Part shown: positions 19,014 through 30,657 of the stretch, piece by piece
Layout: each line of letters starts with the position of its first letter
Position numbering within the stretch: position 1 is the first letter of the stretch
Assembly (NCBI GenBank): GCA_963728735.1
Contig: CAVSLX010000012.1
Coordinates: forward strand, 140,044-204,043
Origin: an uncultured Actinomycetes bacterium
GTDB taxonomy: Bacteria; Actinomycetota; UBA4738; HRBIN12
DNA length: 64,000 nucleotides
Direction of reading: 5' to 3'
The notes under the pieces: model-generated
What the model saw: only the letters and a program-made list of their open reading frames with translations
Told to the model about the DNA's origin: nothing
The model's database searches: none
Made by a program: the position numbers and the translations under genes

Positions 19014-20430
19014 ATGTTCGACGCGCTCACCGATCGCCTTGATGGCGTCTTCAAGAAGCTCCGGTCCAGGGGCAAGCTCCACCCAAGCAGGTGGACAACG
19101 CGCTGGGCGACATCCGCACCGCCTTCTCGAGGCCGACGTCGCCGTCGAGGTCGGCCGACGACCTGATCGGGCGGGTCCGTGCCCGGGCGCTCTCCGCGGA
19201 GGTCATGAAGAGCCTCACCCCGGCCCAGCAGGTCGTGAAGGTCGTCGACGAGGAGCTCACCGTCACGCTCGGCGGCGAGCATCGACCCTTCACGGTGCCG
19301 AGCGCGAGCCCGGCGGTCGTGCTGATGGCCGGCGTCCAGGGCTCCGGCAAGACGACCGCGTGCGCGAAGCTGGCGAAGCACCTGAAGGCGAAGGGACGGC
19401 GGCCGCTTCTGATCGCCGCCGACCTCGAGCGGCCCGCCGCCGATCGGAGCAGCTCCGGACGCTCGGCCGCGAGATCGGCGTTCCCGTGTGGTCCGAGGGC
19501 CGCGACCCGATGAAGGTCGCGAAGAACGGCGTGAAGGAGGCGCAGCGGTCCGGCGCCGACGTGGCGATCATCGACACGGCCGGCCGCCTCCACGTCGACC
19601 CCGAGATGATGAAGCAGGCGCGTCGGATCAAGGACGTGACGAAGCCCGCATCACGTCCTGATGGCGTGCGACGCGATGACCGGTCAAGACGCCGTGGTCC
19701 AGGCGCGCGCGTTCATGCGCGAGGTCGACACCACCGGCTTCATCCTGACGAAGCTCGACGGTGACGCTCGCGGAGGCGCGGCGCTGTCGATGACGCACGT
19801 CACCGGGAGGCCCGTGTACTTCGTCGGGACGGGGGAGAAGGTCGACGACCTCGAGCCGTTCCATCCCGGACCGCATGGCGAGCCGGATCCTCGGCATGGG
19901 CGACGTCCTCACCCTGATCGAGAAGGCCCAGGACACGGTCGACGCCGAGAAGGCGCAGCGGCGGCCGAGAACCTGATGAGCGGGCGGTTCACGCTCGAGG
20001 ACTTCCTCGAGTCAGCTCCGCGAGATGCGGAAGCTGGGCCCGATCGGGGACCTGCTGAAGATGCTGCCGGGCATCCCCGGGGGGCAAGAACGCCATGAAG
20101 GAGATCGCCGAGGCCGTCGACGAGGGCGAGCTGGGCCGGGCCGAGGCGATGATCCTGAGCATGACCCCCGAGGAGCGGCGGAATCCCGGTATCATCTCCG
20201 GGTCCCGCCGCCTGCGGATCGCGAACGGTTCCGGGGTCACGACCGCCGACGTCAACACGCTGTTGAAGGACTTCGAGGGCGCGCGCAAGATGATGCGGAC
20301 GATGATGGGCGGCCCGATGGGACGCCAGCTCGGCCGGGAGCTGGGTGGCGAGATCCCGGCGATGACGGCGGAGCCGATCCGCGAAGGCTCCGAAGGCGAA
20401 GAAGAAGAGGAAGCAGGAGCGCGAACGGCA
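19014..20430 (+). pseudogene. ffh: signal recognition particle protein Ffh (SRP54), at least 7 frame changes
   Basis: MFDALTDRLDGVFKKLRSRGKL at 19014. VVLMAGVQGSGKTTACAKLAKHLK (19091..19513). IIDTAGRLHVD (18901..19764). [31 protein letters not shown] (19661..20098). M domain [28 protein letters not shown] (20095 frame). 3' end not resolvable. Confidence 0.85.
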
Positions 20431-20974
20431 TGTCGACGACGGATCCGGCTGCGGCGGATGGGCGCGAACAAGCGACCCTTCTATCGCGTCGTGGTCGCCG
20501 ACCAGCGGGCGCCGCGCGACGGCCGGTTCATCGAGGCGATCGGCAAGTACCACCCGCTCGAGCGACCCTTCGCTGATCGAGATCGACGAGGAGCGCGCGC
20601 TCCATTGGCTCCGCGTCGGCGCCCAGCCGTCGAACCAGGTGCGCAACCTGATGAGCAAGGTCGGCATCTGGGAGAGTTCGTGGCCGAGCGGCCGAACGCG
20701 CTGCAAGGCGTGAAGCCGGCGAAGGAGCGTCCCGAGAAGCCGAAGCTGTCGAAGAAGGCGCAGGCGAAGGCCGCCGAGGCTGCAGCCGTCCCGAGTGCCC
20801 GAGGCCGGCCGCCGAGGCGCCCGAAGAGCCGACGACGCCCGAAGGTGCCGGCGAGGCGCGCCCGACCGACGGATGCCGAGGCGAGCACCACCGGCCGCGC
20901 CGTCCGAGGCCAGCCCGAGGCCGCGGAGGCAGACGCGCCGAGGACGCCGAGCACCGAGGCCGACGAGAGGCTGA
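20430..20974 (+). pseudogene. rpsP: 30S ribosomal protein S16 with Ala/Lys/Pro-rich tail, about 3 frameshifts
   Basis: ATG 20430 MSTT, then [42 protein letters not shown], then [34 protein letters not shown] in another frame, then back. Confidence 0.75.
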
Positions 20975-20978
20975 GACC

Positions 20979-21211
20979 GTGCGCGAGCTCGTCGCGTTCC
21001 TGTGCCGCGAGCTCGTGGACGACCCCGACGCCGTCGAGGTCACCGAGACCCGCGACGACCGCGGCGTCCTGGTGCGCGTTCGGGTCGCCGACGGCGAGCT
21101 CGGCAAGGTGATCGGCCGCGGCGGCCGGACCGCCAAGGCCGATCCGCACCGTGGTGCGGGCGGCCGCGACCCGCCAGGGGATCCACGCGGCTCGTCGACT
21201 TCGACGACTGA
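20979..21211 (+). pseudogene. KH-domain RNA-binding protein (YlqC/Rv2908c-like), 2 frameshifts
   Basis: [54 protein letters not shown] / IRTVVRAAATRQG / VDFDD*. Confidence 0.65.
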
Positions 21212-21212
21212 G

Positions 21213-21733
21213 GTGGACGAGCCGACCGTCGTCGTCGGCATCGTCACCAGGGCGCACGGCCTTCGCGGCGAGGTGGCGGTGCAGGTCGCGCTCGGACAAC
21301 CCCGAGCGATTCGCGCCTGGTGGCGCCGTGTTCGACGACGAGGAGGCGACCGCCTGACGATCGCGTCCGCGCGAGGGCAGGGAGCCCGTCTGCTCGTTCG
21401 CGTTCGAGGAGGTCGCCGACCGCACCTCGGCCGAGGCGCCTGCGCGGCCGCACGCTCGTCGTGCCCGTCACCTGGCTGCCCGCCGCTGCCCGAAGGCGAG
21501 TACTGGCCCCACGAGCTCGAGGGATGCGAGGTCACTCACCGGATCGGGGCGACGCGCTCGGAACCCTCACCGACGTGGTCGCGAACCCCGCGAACGATCT
21601 GTGGGTGGCGACCGACGAGGAGGGCAACGAGACCCTCGTGCCCGCCATCGGGGATGTCGTCGTCGAGGTCGACACCGACGCACGACGCATCGTCGTTCGC
21701 GATATCCCCGGCCTCACCGCGCCCGACGATTGA
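21213..21733 (+). pseudogene. rimM: 16S rRNA processing protein RimM, several frameshifts
   Basis: VDEPTVVVGIVTRAHGLRGEVAVQV / SDNPERFAPGGAVF / EGEYWPHELEGCEV / GTLTDVVANPANDLWVATDEEGNETLVPAIGDVVVEVDTDARRIVVRDIPGL. Confidence 0.75.
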
Positions 21734-21789
21734 CGCGCTGGACCATCGAGCACGACCTTCCTCGCGCACGCGGGCTGTAGCCTCGCTGC

Positions 21790-22511
21790 GTGCGGATCGA
21801 CGTGATCACGATCTTCCCAGCGATGGTCGAGGCGCCGCTGGCGGAGAGCCTCCTCGGACGGGCGATCGGCCGGGGTATCGTCGAGGTCCGCGTGCACGAC
21901 CTTCGGGACTTCGCGACGGATCGCCACCGCTCGGTCGACGACGAGGCCTTCGGCGGTGGCCCCGGCATGGTGATGGCGCCCGAGCCCGTCTTCGCGGCGG
22001 TCGGATCGCTCGATCCGGATCGTGGGCGGGTGCTCCTCCTCAGCCCGGCGGGGCGCCGGCTCGACCAGGCGTTCGTGCGCGAGCTCGCCGCCGAGCCGCA
22101 CCTCACGTTGATCGCCGGACGATACGAGGGGGTCGACGAGCGCGTCGTGGACGGGCTGCCCGCCGAGGAGGTCTCGATCGGCGACTACGTCGTGTCCGGC
22201 GGAGAGTTGCCTTCGCTCGTGCTGATCGAGGCGGTGACCCGGCTGGTCCCCGGCGTGATCGGCAAGGAGGAGAGCCATGCACGAGACTCGTTCTCCGAGG
22301 CGGGGCTCCTCGATCACCCCACTACACCCGGCCGCGGAGTTCCAGCGGCATGGCGGTCCCCGACGTGCTGCTGTCGGGGGACCATGCCGCGATCGACGCG
22401 ATGGCGGCGCGCATCGGCCCTCGAGAAGACGAGGCGCAACCGGCCCGACCTCAGGCGACCCAGAAGCGCCAGGACCCCGACCAGGGCTCCGACCAGGGCG
22501 CACGCGGGTGA
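21790..22511 (+). pseudogene. trmD: tRNA (guanine37-N1)-methyltransferase TrmD, about 3 frameshifts near the 3' end
   Basis: [69 protein letters not shown] is intact. Then [19 protein letters not shown] and [12 protein letters not shown] lie in different frames. Confidence 0.85.
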
Positions 22512-22560
22512 TGGTCGGCGGGCGGCAGCGGCACCACTGGTACACTCCAGCACCGTTGCC

Positions 22561-22910
22561 ATGAATGAGACGCAGCTGATCGAGCAGTCCTTCCTGCGCA
22601 CGGACATCCCCGTTTTCCGGCCCGGCGACACCGTCAAGGTGCACGTCCGCGTCGTTGAGGGGAACCGTGAGCGCGTCCAGGTCTTCCAGGGCGTCGTGAT
22701 CCGTCGGCAGGGTGGCGGTGTTCGAGAAACCTTCACGGTCCGCAAGATCTCGTTCGGCGTCGGCGTGGAGCGGACGTTCCCGGTGCACTCGCCCTCGATC
22801 GCGAAGCTCGAGATCGTGCAGCGCGGTCGCGTGCGTCGCGCCAAGCTCTACTACCTCCGCGACCTGCAGGGGCAAGAAGGCGCGGATCAAGGAGCGGCGC
22901 GATCGACGAG
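22561..22910 (+). pseudogene. rplS: 50S ribosomal protein L19, frameshift near codon 103; 3' end unresolved
   Basis: [102 protein letters not shown], then [11 protein letters not shown] in the frame of 22712..23125. Confidence 0.8.
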
Positions 22911-22949
22911 ACGAAGCTCGCGGCGCTCGAGGCCGCGCAGGCGAACGCG

Positions 22950-23780
22950 GTGTTCGAGCCCGACGACGAGGACGGGTCGAGCGAGGAGCTTGCCGCCGAG
23001 GACGACGCCGTCGCGACCGGGATCGTCGACGACGCCGTCGCCACCGGGTCCGACGGCGACGCCGACGCCGACCGAAGGGCGCCGATGGCGACGCCGAGCC
23101 GGTCGACGAGGCCGAGGAGCACTGAGCGAGCCTCGGGCGTGACGGAGCGACCCGAGGGCGACGACGGCGGCGGCTCCAAAGACCGCGCGTTCTGGCGTGA
23201 GCTCCCGGTGCTGGTCGCCGTCGCGCTGCTGATCGCGATCCTGATCAAGACGTTCCTGATCCAGGCCTTCTACATCCCCTCGCCGTCGATGGAACCGACG
23301 CTCGAGCAGGGCGACCGCGTGCTCGTGTGTCGCATCTGTCTGCGCGTTCGGGGACGTCGGTCGAGGCGACGTGATCGTCTTCGCCGATCCGGACCCCGAT
23401 CCGCACGACGACGACGGCTTGGTCCGCGACCTGGCCCGTTGGCTCGCGGAAGGGGTCGGCGTCGCGCAGCCCGAGGACGACGGACTTCATCAAGCGAGTG
23501 ATCGGGCTCCCCGGCGACGTCGTGGAGATCGCGCGCGGGCGCGTGTTCGTGAACGGGGAACGCCTCGAGGAGCCCTACCTCGATCCTGGCGAAGACACCC
23601 GCAGCTTCCCGGCCCGGACCATCCCCGATGGCATGCTGTTCGTGATGGGGGACAATCGCCTCGTGTCGGGGGACTCGCGGTTCGAGCCGCCGACCGGCGT
23701 CGGGCCTCGTTCCGGAGGACCGGGTGATCGGCGTCGCCTTCGTGCGCGTGTGGCCCCCTTCGCGATGGGGATGGATCTGA
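22950..23780 (+). pseudogene. lepB: signal peptidase I, at least 3 frameshifts (start uncertain)
   Basis: TM plus FYIPSPSMEPTLEQGDRVLV (22950 frame). GDVIVFADP (23371 frame). DFIKRVIGLPGDVVEI..MLFVMGDNRLVSGDSR (23498 frame). VIGVAFVRVWPPSRWG ends at TGA 23780. Confidence 0.75.
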
Positions 23781-24443
23781 CCGCCGACCTCTCCCGATAC
23801 GAACAGGCGCTTCGCGCCCAGGGCTTCGCGCGCGTCGCCGGCGCCGACGAGGCCGGGACGGGGAGCGCTGGCGGGGCCTCTCGTGGCCGCGGCGGTGGTC
23901 CTGCCCGAGGACTTCGACCTCGACGGGATCCGGGATTCGAAACTCCTCACCCCCGCACAACGCGAGCGAGCGTACGAACGGATCGCCGCCTCGGGTGCAT
24001 GGGTGGTCCGGCGGATCGAGCCGCACGTGATCGACGAACGAGGCCTGCACCGCTCGAACCTCGCGCTCCTCCGGCGGTGCGTCCGGGCGCTCGATCCCGC
24101 GCCGGACTACGCACTCACCGACGGCTTCCCGGTGTCGCGGATGCCCTGTCCTTCGCTCGGCGTGAAGAAGGGAGATGTCGTCGCCGCGAGTATCGCCGCA
24201 GCGTCGATCGTGGCGAAGGTGACGCGGGACCGGGAGATGCGCCGGCTGCACCGGCACTACCCTGAATTCAGCTTCACCGAGAACAAGGGCTACGGCACGG
24301 CCGAGCACTGGGCCGCCCTCGAGGTGCTCGGACCCTCGCCCGTGCATCGACTGTCGTTCCCGGGGGTCGGGCAGGCATCACTCCCGGGGTTCGGGCGCGT
24401 CGCCGTGGAGGCACTCGACCAGGAGGTGACAGAGCTCGCGTGA
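23765..24443 (+). pseudogene. rnhB: ribonuclease HII, 1 frameshift near 23860
   Basis: MGMDLTADLSRYEQALRAQGFARVAGADEAG, then (frame change) AAAVVLPEDFDLDGIRDSKLLTPAQRE..ASIVAKVTRDREM..GYGTAEH. Confidence 0.85.
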
Positions 24444-24447
24444 GAGC

Positions 24448-24765
24448 ATGGGGGCCGTGATGGACGACGACATCGAACGGTTCGAGGAGGAGCGCGAGCT
24501 CGAGCTCTATCGGGAGTACCGCGACGTCCTCCCGATGTTCGCCTACGTGATCGAGACCGAGCGCCGCTTCTATCTCGCGAACAGGGTCGATCTCGTGCCC
24601 CAGACCGACGGCTGGCTGCAGGTCGACCTCGGCGATGCGTGGGTGTGGGACATGTTCCGCCCGGCGAGGTTCGTGTCGAGCGTGCGCGTCATGACGCGTC
24701 GCGACGTGAACGTCGAGGAGCTCCGCCGCGACGAGACGCGGATCCCCGACGCCCCCGAGATCTGA
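24448..24765 (+). CDS. DUF2469 family protein (Rv2901c-like); the only intact gene inside the frameshift block
   Basis: MDDDIERFEEERELELYREYRDVLPMFAYVIETERRFYLANRVDL..VWDMFRPARFV is a conserved actinobacterial protein downstream of rnhB (recalled). Confidence 0.8.
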   Translation: MGAVMDDDIERFEEERELELYREYRDVLPMFAYVIETERRFYLANRVDLVPQTDGWLQVDLGDAWVWDMFRPARFVSSVRVMTRRDVNVEELRRDETRIPDAPEI

Positions 24766-24789
24766 ACCGTACCGTGTCGGTGGCTCGGC

Positions 24790-25179
24790 GTGGCGTCGAG
24801 CCGTGACGACGTCGGAACCGCGAGATCGACCGGACGCATCGGAGAGCGCGCCGCCGAGACCGCGTACGTCGCGCCGCGGGTACCGGGTCGTCGCCCGCAA
24901 CTGGCGATGCCGGCTCGGTGAGCTCGACCTCGTCTTCTCGCGCGGCAGGCACGCTCGTCGTGTGCGAGGTCAAGACCCGGCGTGTCGCGACGGTTCGGCG
25001 AGGGCTGGCAAGCCGTCGACGCGCGGAAGCAGGCGAAGCTCCGGGCGGTCGCGCAGACGTTCCTGATCGCGAGCGGCGCCAGACCCTCGGCGGTTCGGTT
25101 CGACGTCGCGAGCGTCGCGCTCCGCGGCCGCCCGCGAGGCCGCGAGGCGCAGGTGGCCGTCTACGAGGACGCGTTCTGA
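24790..25179 (+). pseudogene. yraN: YraN/UPF0102 endonuclease-like protein, 2-3 frameshifts
   Basis: RRGYRVVARNWRCRLGELDLVFSRG / GTLVVCEVKTRR / FGEGWQAVDARKQAKLRAVAQTFL..VRFDVASVAL. Confidence 0.65.
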
Positions 25180-25201
25180 CGAGCCGCTGCTCGGGCCGTG
25201 G

Positions 25202-26758
25202 TCAGCCGGTCGCGGCCGGGCCGACGTCGCCGACCTCGAGGAGCGCGCCGGGGAGAGGCGCCGGATCGCCGCGAGCAGCCGCTCGACGTCCGCCTCCGTC
25301 GACAGGTAGTTCACGACCCCGGCGCGGAGCCAGGTCCGCCCGCAAGCGTCGTGACGCTGACCCACGCCGCGCCGTCGAGCTCGAACGCGCGTTGAGCGCG
25401 GTCTGGTAGGCGTCGAGCCGTGCGGATGGCATCGGTCGTCGGTCCTCCGGGAGGTGACGGAAACACACGATCGACAGTTCCGGTGGGTCGGGAGCGAGGC
25501 TCGAAGTCGGGCGCCTCGCGCAGCCGTCGCGCGAGCGAGGCGGCGAGGTCGTCGTTCCGCTCGACGAGCGCGCCGAGCCCCGACGTGCCGAGGTGCATCC
25601 AGCTCATCCAGAGCTTCAGGGCGCGGAACCGGCGGGTTCCCTCGAACGGAGTAGCGGTACCAGTCGAGCGGCTCGTCCTCCGGCCTGTTCGACGCGTAGT
25701 ACTCGGGGGATCGATGGAACGTCCGCAAGCAGGTCGTCGCGTCGCCGCACGACGAGCGCGCCGATGTCGTAGGCCTGGAAGAACCACTTGTGCGGGTCGA
25801 CCGTCACCGAGTCGGCGAGCTCGAGCCCGGCACCCGGTCGCCGTCACGCGACGACAATCGCGCCGCCCCGCCGTAGGCGGCGTCGACGTGGAGCCACAGC
25901 TCCTCCCGGCGGGCGAGCGCCTCGAGCTCGGGAACGAGGTCGACCGAGCCCGTGTTCGTCGAGCCGGCGACCGCCGCGATGCAGAGGGGCGTGATCCCGG
26001 CCGCATCGATCCTCGGCGATCGCCGACGCGACCGGCTCGGGGTGCAGGCGGAACCGTTCGTCGCTCGGCACCACCCGCAGGGTCTCCGGCGGGAAGCCCA
26101 GCATGTCGAGACCACGAGCGATCGAGAAATGCGCCTGATCGCTCACGTAGACGCGAACCCCTCGAGATCGCGTCCGCGCGGCGCCGACCCGAGCCCTCGG
26201 AGCGCCGCAAGGTGGATGTCGCGAGCGACCGTCAGCGCCATGACGTTCGCCATCACGCCGCCGGAGGTCAGGATCCCCCACGAGCCATCCGGCATCCCCG
26301 ACGAGGGTCGCGGAGCCACCCGATGACCTCCTCCTCGACGAACGCGCCGACGGGTCCCGCGTGCCAGACGTCGACGCCCTGTTGGAGCCATTGGGACAAC
26401 ACCTCGCCGGCGATCGACATGGGCAGCGGCGGCGGCGTGAAGTAGCTGAACGAGCCCGTGTGGTGCGCGTTGTAGGTGCCCGGCGCGACCCGCTCACGGA
26501 ACGCCGCGAGGACGACGCCCACGACGTGGGACGCTCGGCGCCGCCGACGGGCTGTGCCGACGGACCGAAGAAGCGGCGCCGCGCCTCGGGGTACGTGTCA
26601 CCGGCGATCGGGCGGCGGAAGGCCTCGCCGTAGAGCCAGTCGAGCGCCTCGCGCCACGTGGCTTCACCGAGGGCTTCGAGCGACGCACGCGACCGCGCGG
26701 GTCGCGGAAGTCGAGCGAGCTCGGGATCGAGGACGTCGCGTCCGGTGGCACGTTCCAT
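25202..26758 (-). pseudogene. group II pyridoxal-phosphate-dependent (amino acid) decarboxylase, many frameshifts
   Basis: All fragments lie in different minus frames. MERATGRDVLDP.. N-terminus. HTGSFSYFTPPPLPMSIAGEVLSQWLQQGV. SGGVMANVMALTVARD. YVSDQAHFSIARG. ITPLCIAAVAGSTNTGSVDLVPELEALARREELWLHVDAAYGG. PLP-lysine motif TVDPHKWFFQAYDIGALVV. FRALKLWMSW. Confidence 0.7.
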
Positions 26759-26781
26759 CGTCGGGCGAGCCACGGCGGCCG

Positions 26782-28376
26782 ATGCTAACAGGGCGCTGCA
26801 TGCCGGTGGTCGTCGCACTACGGTCGCGTCCACATGTACGGGACGGGTGACGGGCGTATCGATCCTCGGGGTGGGTGGGCACCCCGTCGTCGTCGAAGCG
26901 CACATCGGGCGCGGGCTTCCGTCGCTCACGATCACCGGGCTTCCCGGCGCCGCGGTCAACGACGCGCGCGATCGTGTCCGTCCCGCCGTCGAGCAGGCCG
27001 GGCTCGAGTGGCCGCTTCGCCGCGTGGTGGTCAACCTCGCGCCGGCGAACCTCCGCAAGGATGGACCCGGGACTGGACCTCCCGATCGCGATGGGGGTGC
27101 TCGTCGCAACCGGTCAGGTTCCGCAGGATCGTGTTCGCGACCTCGCGTTCGTGGGCGAGCTTTCGCTGAAGGGTGAGCTGATCCCGACCCCCGGCGTCCT
27201 GTCCGTGGCGATCGCCACCGCTCGCGCGGGCATCGACGGCGTCGTCGTTCCGGCGGCCAACGCGGTCGAGGCGGGGCAGGTCGACGGGCTGCAGGTCGTC
27301 GGTGCGCCGACGCTCGGCGACGTCGTCGGGTTCCTTCGCGGCACGTGGCAGCCGGCGGCACCGATGGACGACGAGGGCGACGGCGAGCCGACCCGACGAC
27401 GTCGACCTCGGCTAGGTGCGGGGCCAGGCGCAGGCGCGTCGCGCGCTCGAGGTCGCGGCGGCAGGCGGCCACAACCTCCTGATGGTCGGGCCTCCCGGCG
27501 CGGGCAAGACGATGCTGGCACGACGGTTGCCCTCGATCCTGCCGGACCTGACGCGCGACGAGGCGCTCGAGGCGTCGCAGCTCCACTCCGTCGCGGGTCT
27601 GCTCCACGGTGCGGGCATCCTCCGCCGACGGCCGTTCCGGGCGCCCCATCATTCGGTCTCGACGACCGGCCTCCTCGGCGGCGGCGCCGCGTACCTGCGG
27701 CCGGGCGAGGTGTCGCTCGCGAACCACGGCGTGCTGTTCCTCGACGAGTTGACGGAGTTCCGACGCGACGCGATCGAGGGTCTGCGCCAACCGCTCGAGG
27801 ACGGGCGCGTGATCATCACCCGCGCGGTCGGGTCCGTGGTGTTCCCCGCTCGGTTCATGCTCGTTGCGGCCGCCAACCCGTGTCCCTGCGGGTACGAGGG
27901 CGATCCACGCCGCGCATGCCGGTGCCGAGTCGACCGCGTCGATGCGTACAGGCAGAAGCTCTCGGGACCGCTCCTCGACCGCATCGATCTCCGGCTCCGC
28001 GTGCCGCGTCTCACCAAACACGAGCTGCTCGACGCCGCCGAAGCCAAGCGGAGCGCGGTGGTGCGCGACCGGGTCCTCGAGGCGCGCGAACGGCAACGTG
28101 CGCGCGTCGCCACGATCGAGGTCGGCTCGAACGCGCAGCTCCCAGGCCCCGTTGCGCGGCGTGAGGTGCGGCTCACGGCCGATGCCGAACGCGTGCTCGG
28201 CAACGCCGTCGACGCGATGCGCTCACCGGGCGTGGGTTCGATCGCGCGCTGAAGGTGGCGCGGACGGTCGCCGACCTCGTCGGCGCCGATCGGGTCGGTG
28301 CGACCACGTCGCCGAGGCGCTGTCGTACCGGCACGGTACCGACGGCATCGAGGAGGTGCGAGCCCGTGCCGGATGA
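26782..28376 (+). pseudogene. comM: Mg-chelatase-like AAA+ protein ComM/YifB, at least 4 frameshifts
   Basis: GHPVVVEAHIGRGLPSLTITGLPGAAVNDARDRV. LDLPIAMGVLVATGQ. VRGQAQARRALEVAAAGGHNLLMVGPPGAGKTMLARRL..LFLDELTEF..AANPCPCG (27416..28252). Tail in 27864..28376. Confidence 0.8.
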
Positions 28377-29500
28377 CGGCGCAGAAGACGACGTCCCGTG
28401 CCGCGCGGCTGGCCCGACGGGTTCGGGCGCGGATCCGACCTCTCCGACCTCGTCAGTTGCGACGCTGCGCGGGACGTTGCCGCGCGAGGTCCATCGCCTC
28501 GCATGGCGCGAGGGGTCGGCGTCGGGCTGCGTCGTGGCGGTTCGTCGCGCGGCCGGGCGGGCACCGACGGCGATCGCGGCTAGCTCTCCGGCGCCGATCC
28601 CGACGCGATCCGTCGAGCGACCGACGAGGCTCGGCGCGCGCGATCGCGGCGCCGAACGACGTCGAGTACGCCGAGCGACTGTTGGACCTGCATGATCCAC
28701 CGCCGGCGCTGTTCGTCTCGTGGCGTCGCGATCCACGAGCAGCCTGCGATGCGTGGCGGTGGTCGGCTCTCGCCACGGTTCCGCGCTCGGCCGTGAGATC
28801 GCCCTCGATCTCGGCCGGAACCTCGCCGGCGTCGGGCTGTGCGTCGTCAGCGGGGCCGCGCGGGGCATCGACGAGGCAGCCCACGTCGGCGCGCTCGCCG
28901 CGGCGGTCGCACGCTCGCCGTGCTCGGCGCCGGGATCGACCGCCCTACCCGCGAGCCAGGCGCGGGCTGCTGACCCGGATCGTCGAGGCGCGAGGCACCG
29001 CTCGTCGTCCGAGTACCCGCCCGGCGTGGAGCCTCACGCCCGCCACTTCCCCGCGCGCAACCGGTGATCGCGGCGCTCTCGTCGCCGTCGTGGTCGTCGA
29101 GGGCGTCGAGCGGAGCGGCTCCCGGATCACGGCCGACCACGCGCTCGATCTCGGCCGCGACGTCTTCGCCGTGCCCGGCCCGATCACGAGCCCTCTCACG
29201 GCGACGCCGCATGCGCTCATCCGCGACGGGGCGATCCTGATGCGGGGGCTCGACGACCTCTTCGACGGCCTCGGCATCGCGAGGCTCCTCGCCGAACGCC
29301 CCCCTCCGGATCTCGAGCGACGACGAGCGCCGCGGCGTGGGAAGCGCTCGAAACCGCCACGCTGCCCGACGTCGTCGGCGCGGCGGGTCGGCGATGGCGA
29401 TCGCCCGAGGCGTGGCCGTCCTGACTGGCGCTCGAGCTCCGCGGCCTCGTGCGTGCCGTGAGCGGCCGGTACGAGCGCACCCGACCGCGCCGCCGCCGAC
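28366..29500 (+). pseudogene. dprA: DNA processing protein DprA, at least 4 frameshifts (ends approximate)
   Basis: VAVVGSRHGSALGREIALDLGRNLAGVGLCVVSGAARGIDEAAH. VVVVEGVERSGSRITADHALDLGRDVFAVPGPITSPLTATPHALIRDGA. LELRGLVRAVSGRYER tail. Confidence 0.7.
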
Positions 29501-29682
29501 CCGCCGGACGCGCCGGACGCGCCGGCCGAGCGTTCGGGGACCAGATGACCTCCCCCGAGAAACCATCCGTCGGCCGCGTGGGCCAGGTCATGGCCGTTGT
29601 CGGGTGACCCCCGGACGGGTGCTTGAACGGCCCTCGCCCCGCTGGGAGGATACGGGCGCCCCCCGCATCCGAGAGGAGTTCC

Positions 29683-30656
29683 TTGGCCCCCCTGGACGAC
29701 TTCCCCCGTCCGACGCACGGCTGATCGATTCGTTCGCGACCCATCTGCGTCTCGAACGCCGGCTCTCGGCGAACACGGTCACGGCGTACGGGCGCGACTC
29801 GCGCAGATCGCCGACCTTCCTCGCGCGTGGTGGTTCGTCGCTGACGGACGCGACGTACCCGCTGCTTCGCCGGTCCTGGCGCAGCAGCACGCGCTGGGTC
29901 GCAGCTCGAGCGTCGGTCGCGCGACGCGTCGCGGCGATCCACACGCTTCTACCGGTGGGCCGTCGCCGAAGGGTCACCGTCGACGCGACCCATCGCTCCT
30001 GCTGGGCCGGCCCAAGGTCGTGAACCGGCTGCCGACCGTGCTGCGGCCGGACGAGGCGGCGGCCCTCGTCGAGGCGCCGGCCGCCCGCACGGTGGTGGGC
30101 GACACGGATGCCGACGATGCACGGCGATCCGGTCGATCGCGCGGTCGCGCTCCGCGACGCCGCCGTCCTGGAGCTCCTCTACGGGTCGGGCCTGCGGGTC
30201 GGGGAGGTCGCAGGCCTGACGGTCGAGCGGTCGACCTCGACCGTGGCCGGGTGCTGGTACGGGAAGGGCGTCAAGGAGCGCGAGGTTCCGTTGTCGGACG
30301 ACGCGGTCGACGCCGCTGGGGCCTGGCTCGCACGAGGCGCGTGGTACTGGCCATGCTCGCCCGAAGCGCGGCTGACCAGTCGTTGTTCGTCAATCGTCGC
30401 GGCCGACGCGGTCGGCGCAGCGCGACATCCGGCGGTTCATGGAACGATATGGTGACAGTTGTCTGCCGGGGCGCCGCGTCACGCCCGCACACCCTCCGGC
30501 ATTCGTTCGCGACGCATCTGCTGGAAGGAGGAGCGGACATCCGGGCCGTTCAAGAGCTGCTGGGGCACGCGAGCGTCGGCCACGACGCAGCGGTACACGC
30601 ATGTGTCCCGTGCCCGCCTCTTCGAGGCCTACGAGCGATCCCATCCGAGGGCCTGA
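29683..30656 (+). pseudogene. xerC: tyrosine recombinase XerC, at least 5 frameshifts
   Basis: TTG 29683 follows [104 protein letters not shown]. Confidence 0.75.
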
Positions 30657-30657
30657 C

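Noticed and set aside
25844-28096. Very long ORFs antisense to, or out of frame with, real genes. Examples: 25844..28096 (750 aa), 50120..52423 (767 aa), 4695..6665, 14053..16062, 54654..55994, 21532..22890.
   Set aside because: Their translations are Arg/Pro/Gly/Ala-rich low-complexity sequence with no motifs. They lie opposite well-supported genes (comM, proS, recG, smc, infB, trmD). Stop-poor shadow frames like these are expected in very GC-rich DNA.
26782-29500. comM-dprA as a dedicated natural-competence island
   Set aside because: Both genes are broadly conserved in non-competent actinobacteria at exactly this chromosomal position. No pilus or ComEA/ComEC genes are nearby.
29683-30656. 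The tyrosine recombinase as the integrase of a mobile element or island boundary
   Set aside because: It sits in the conserved comM-dprA-xerC housekeeping arrangement and carries XerC-like motifs. There is no adjacent tRNA, direct repeats, phage or transposon genes.
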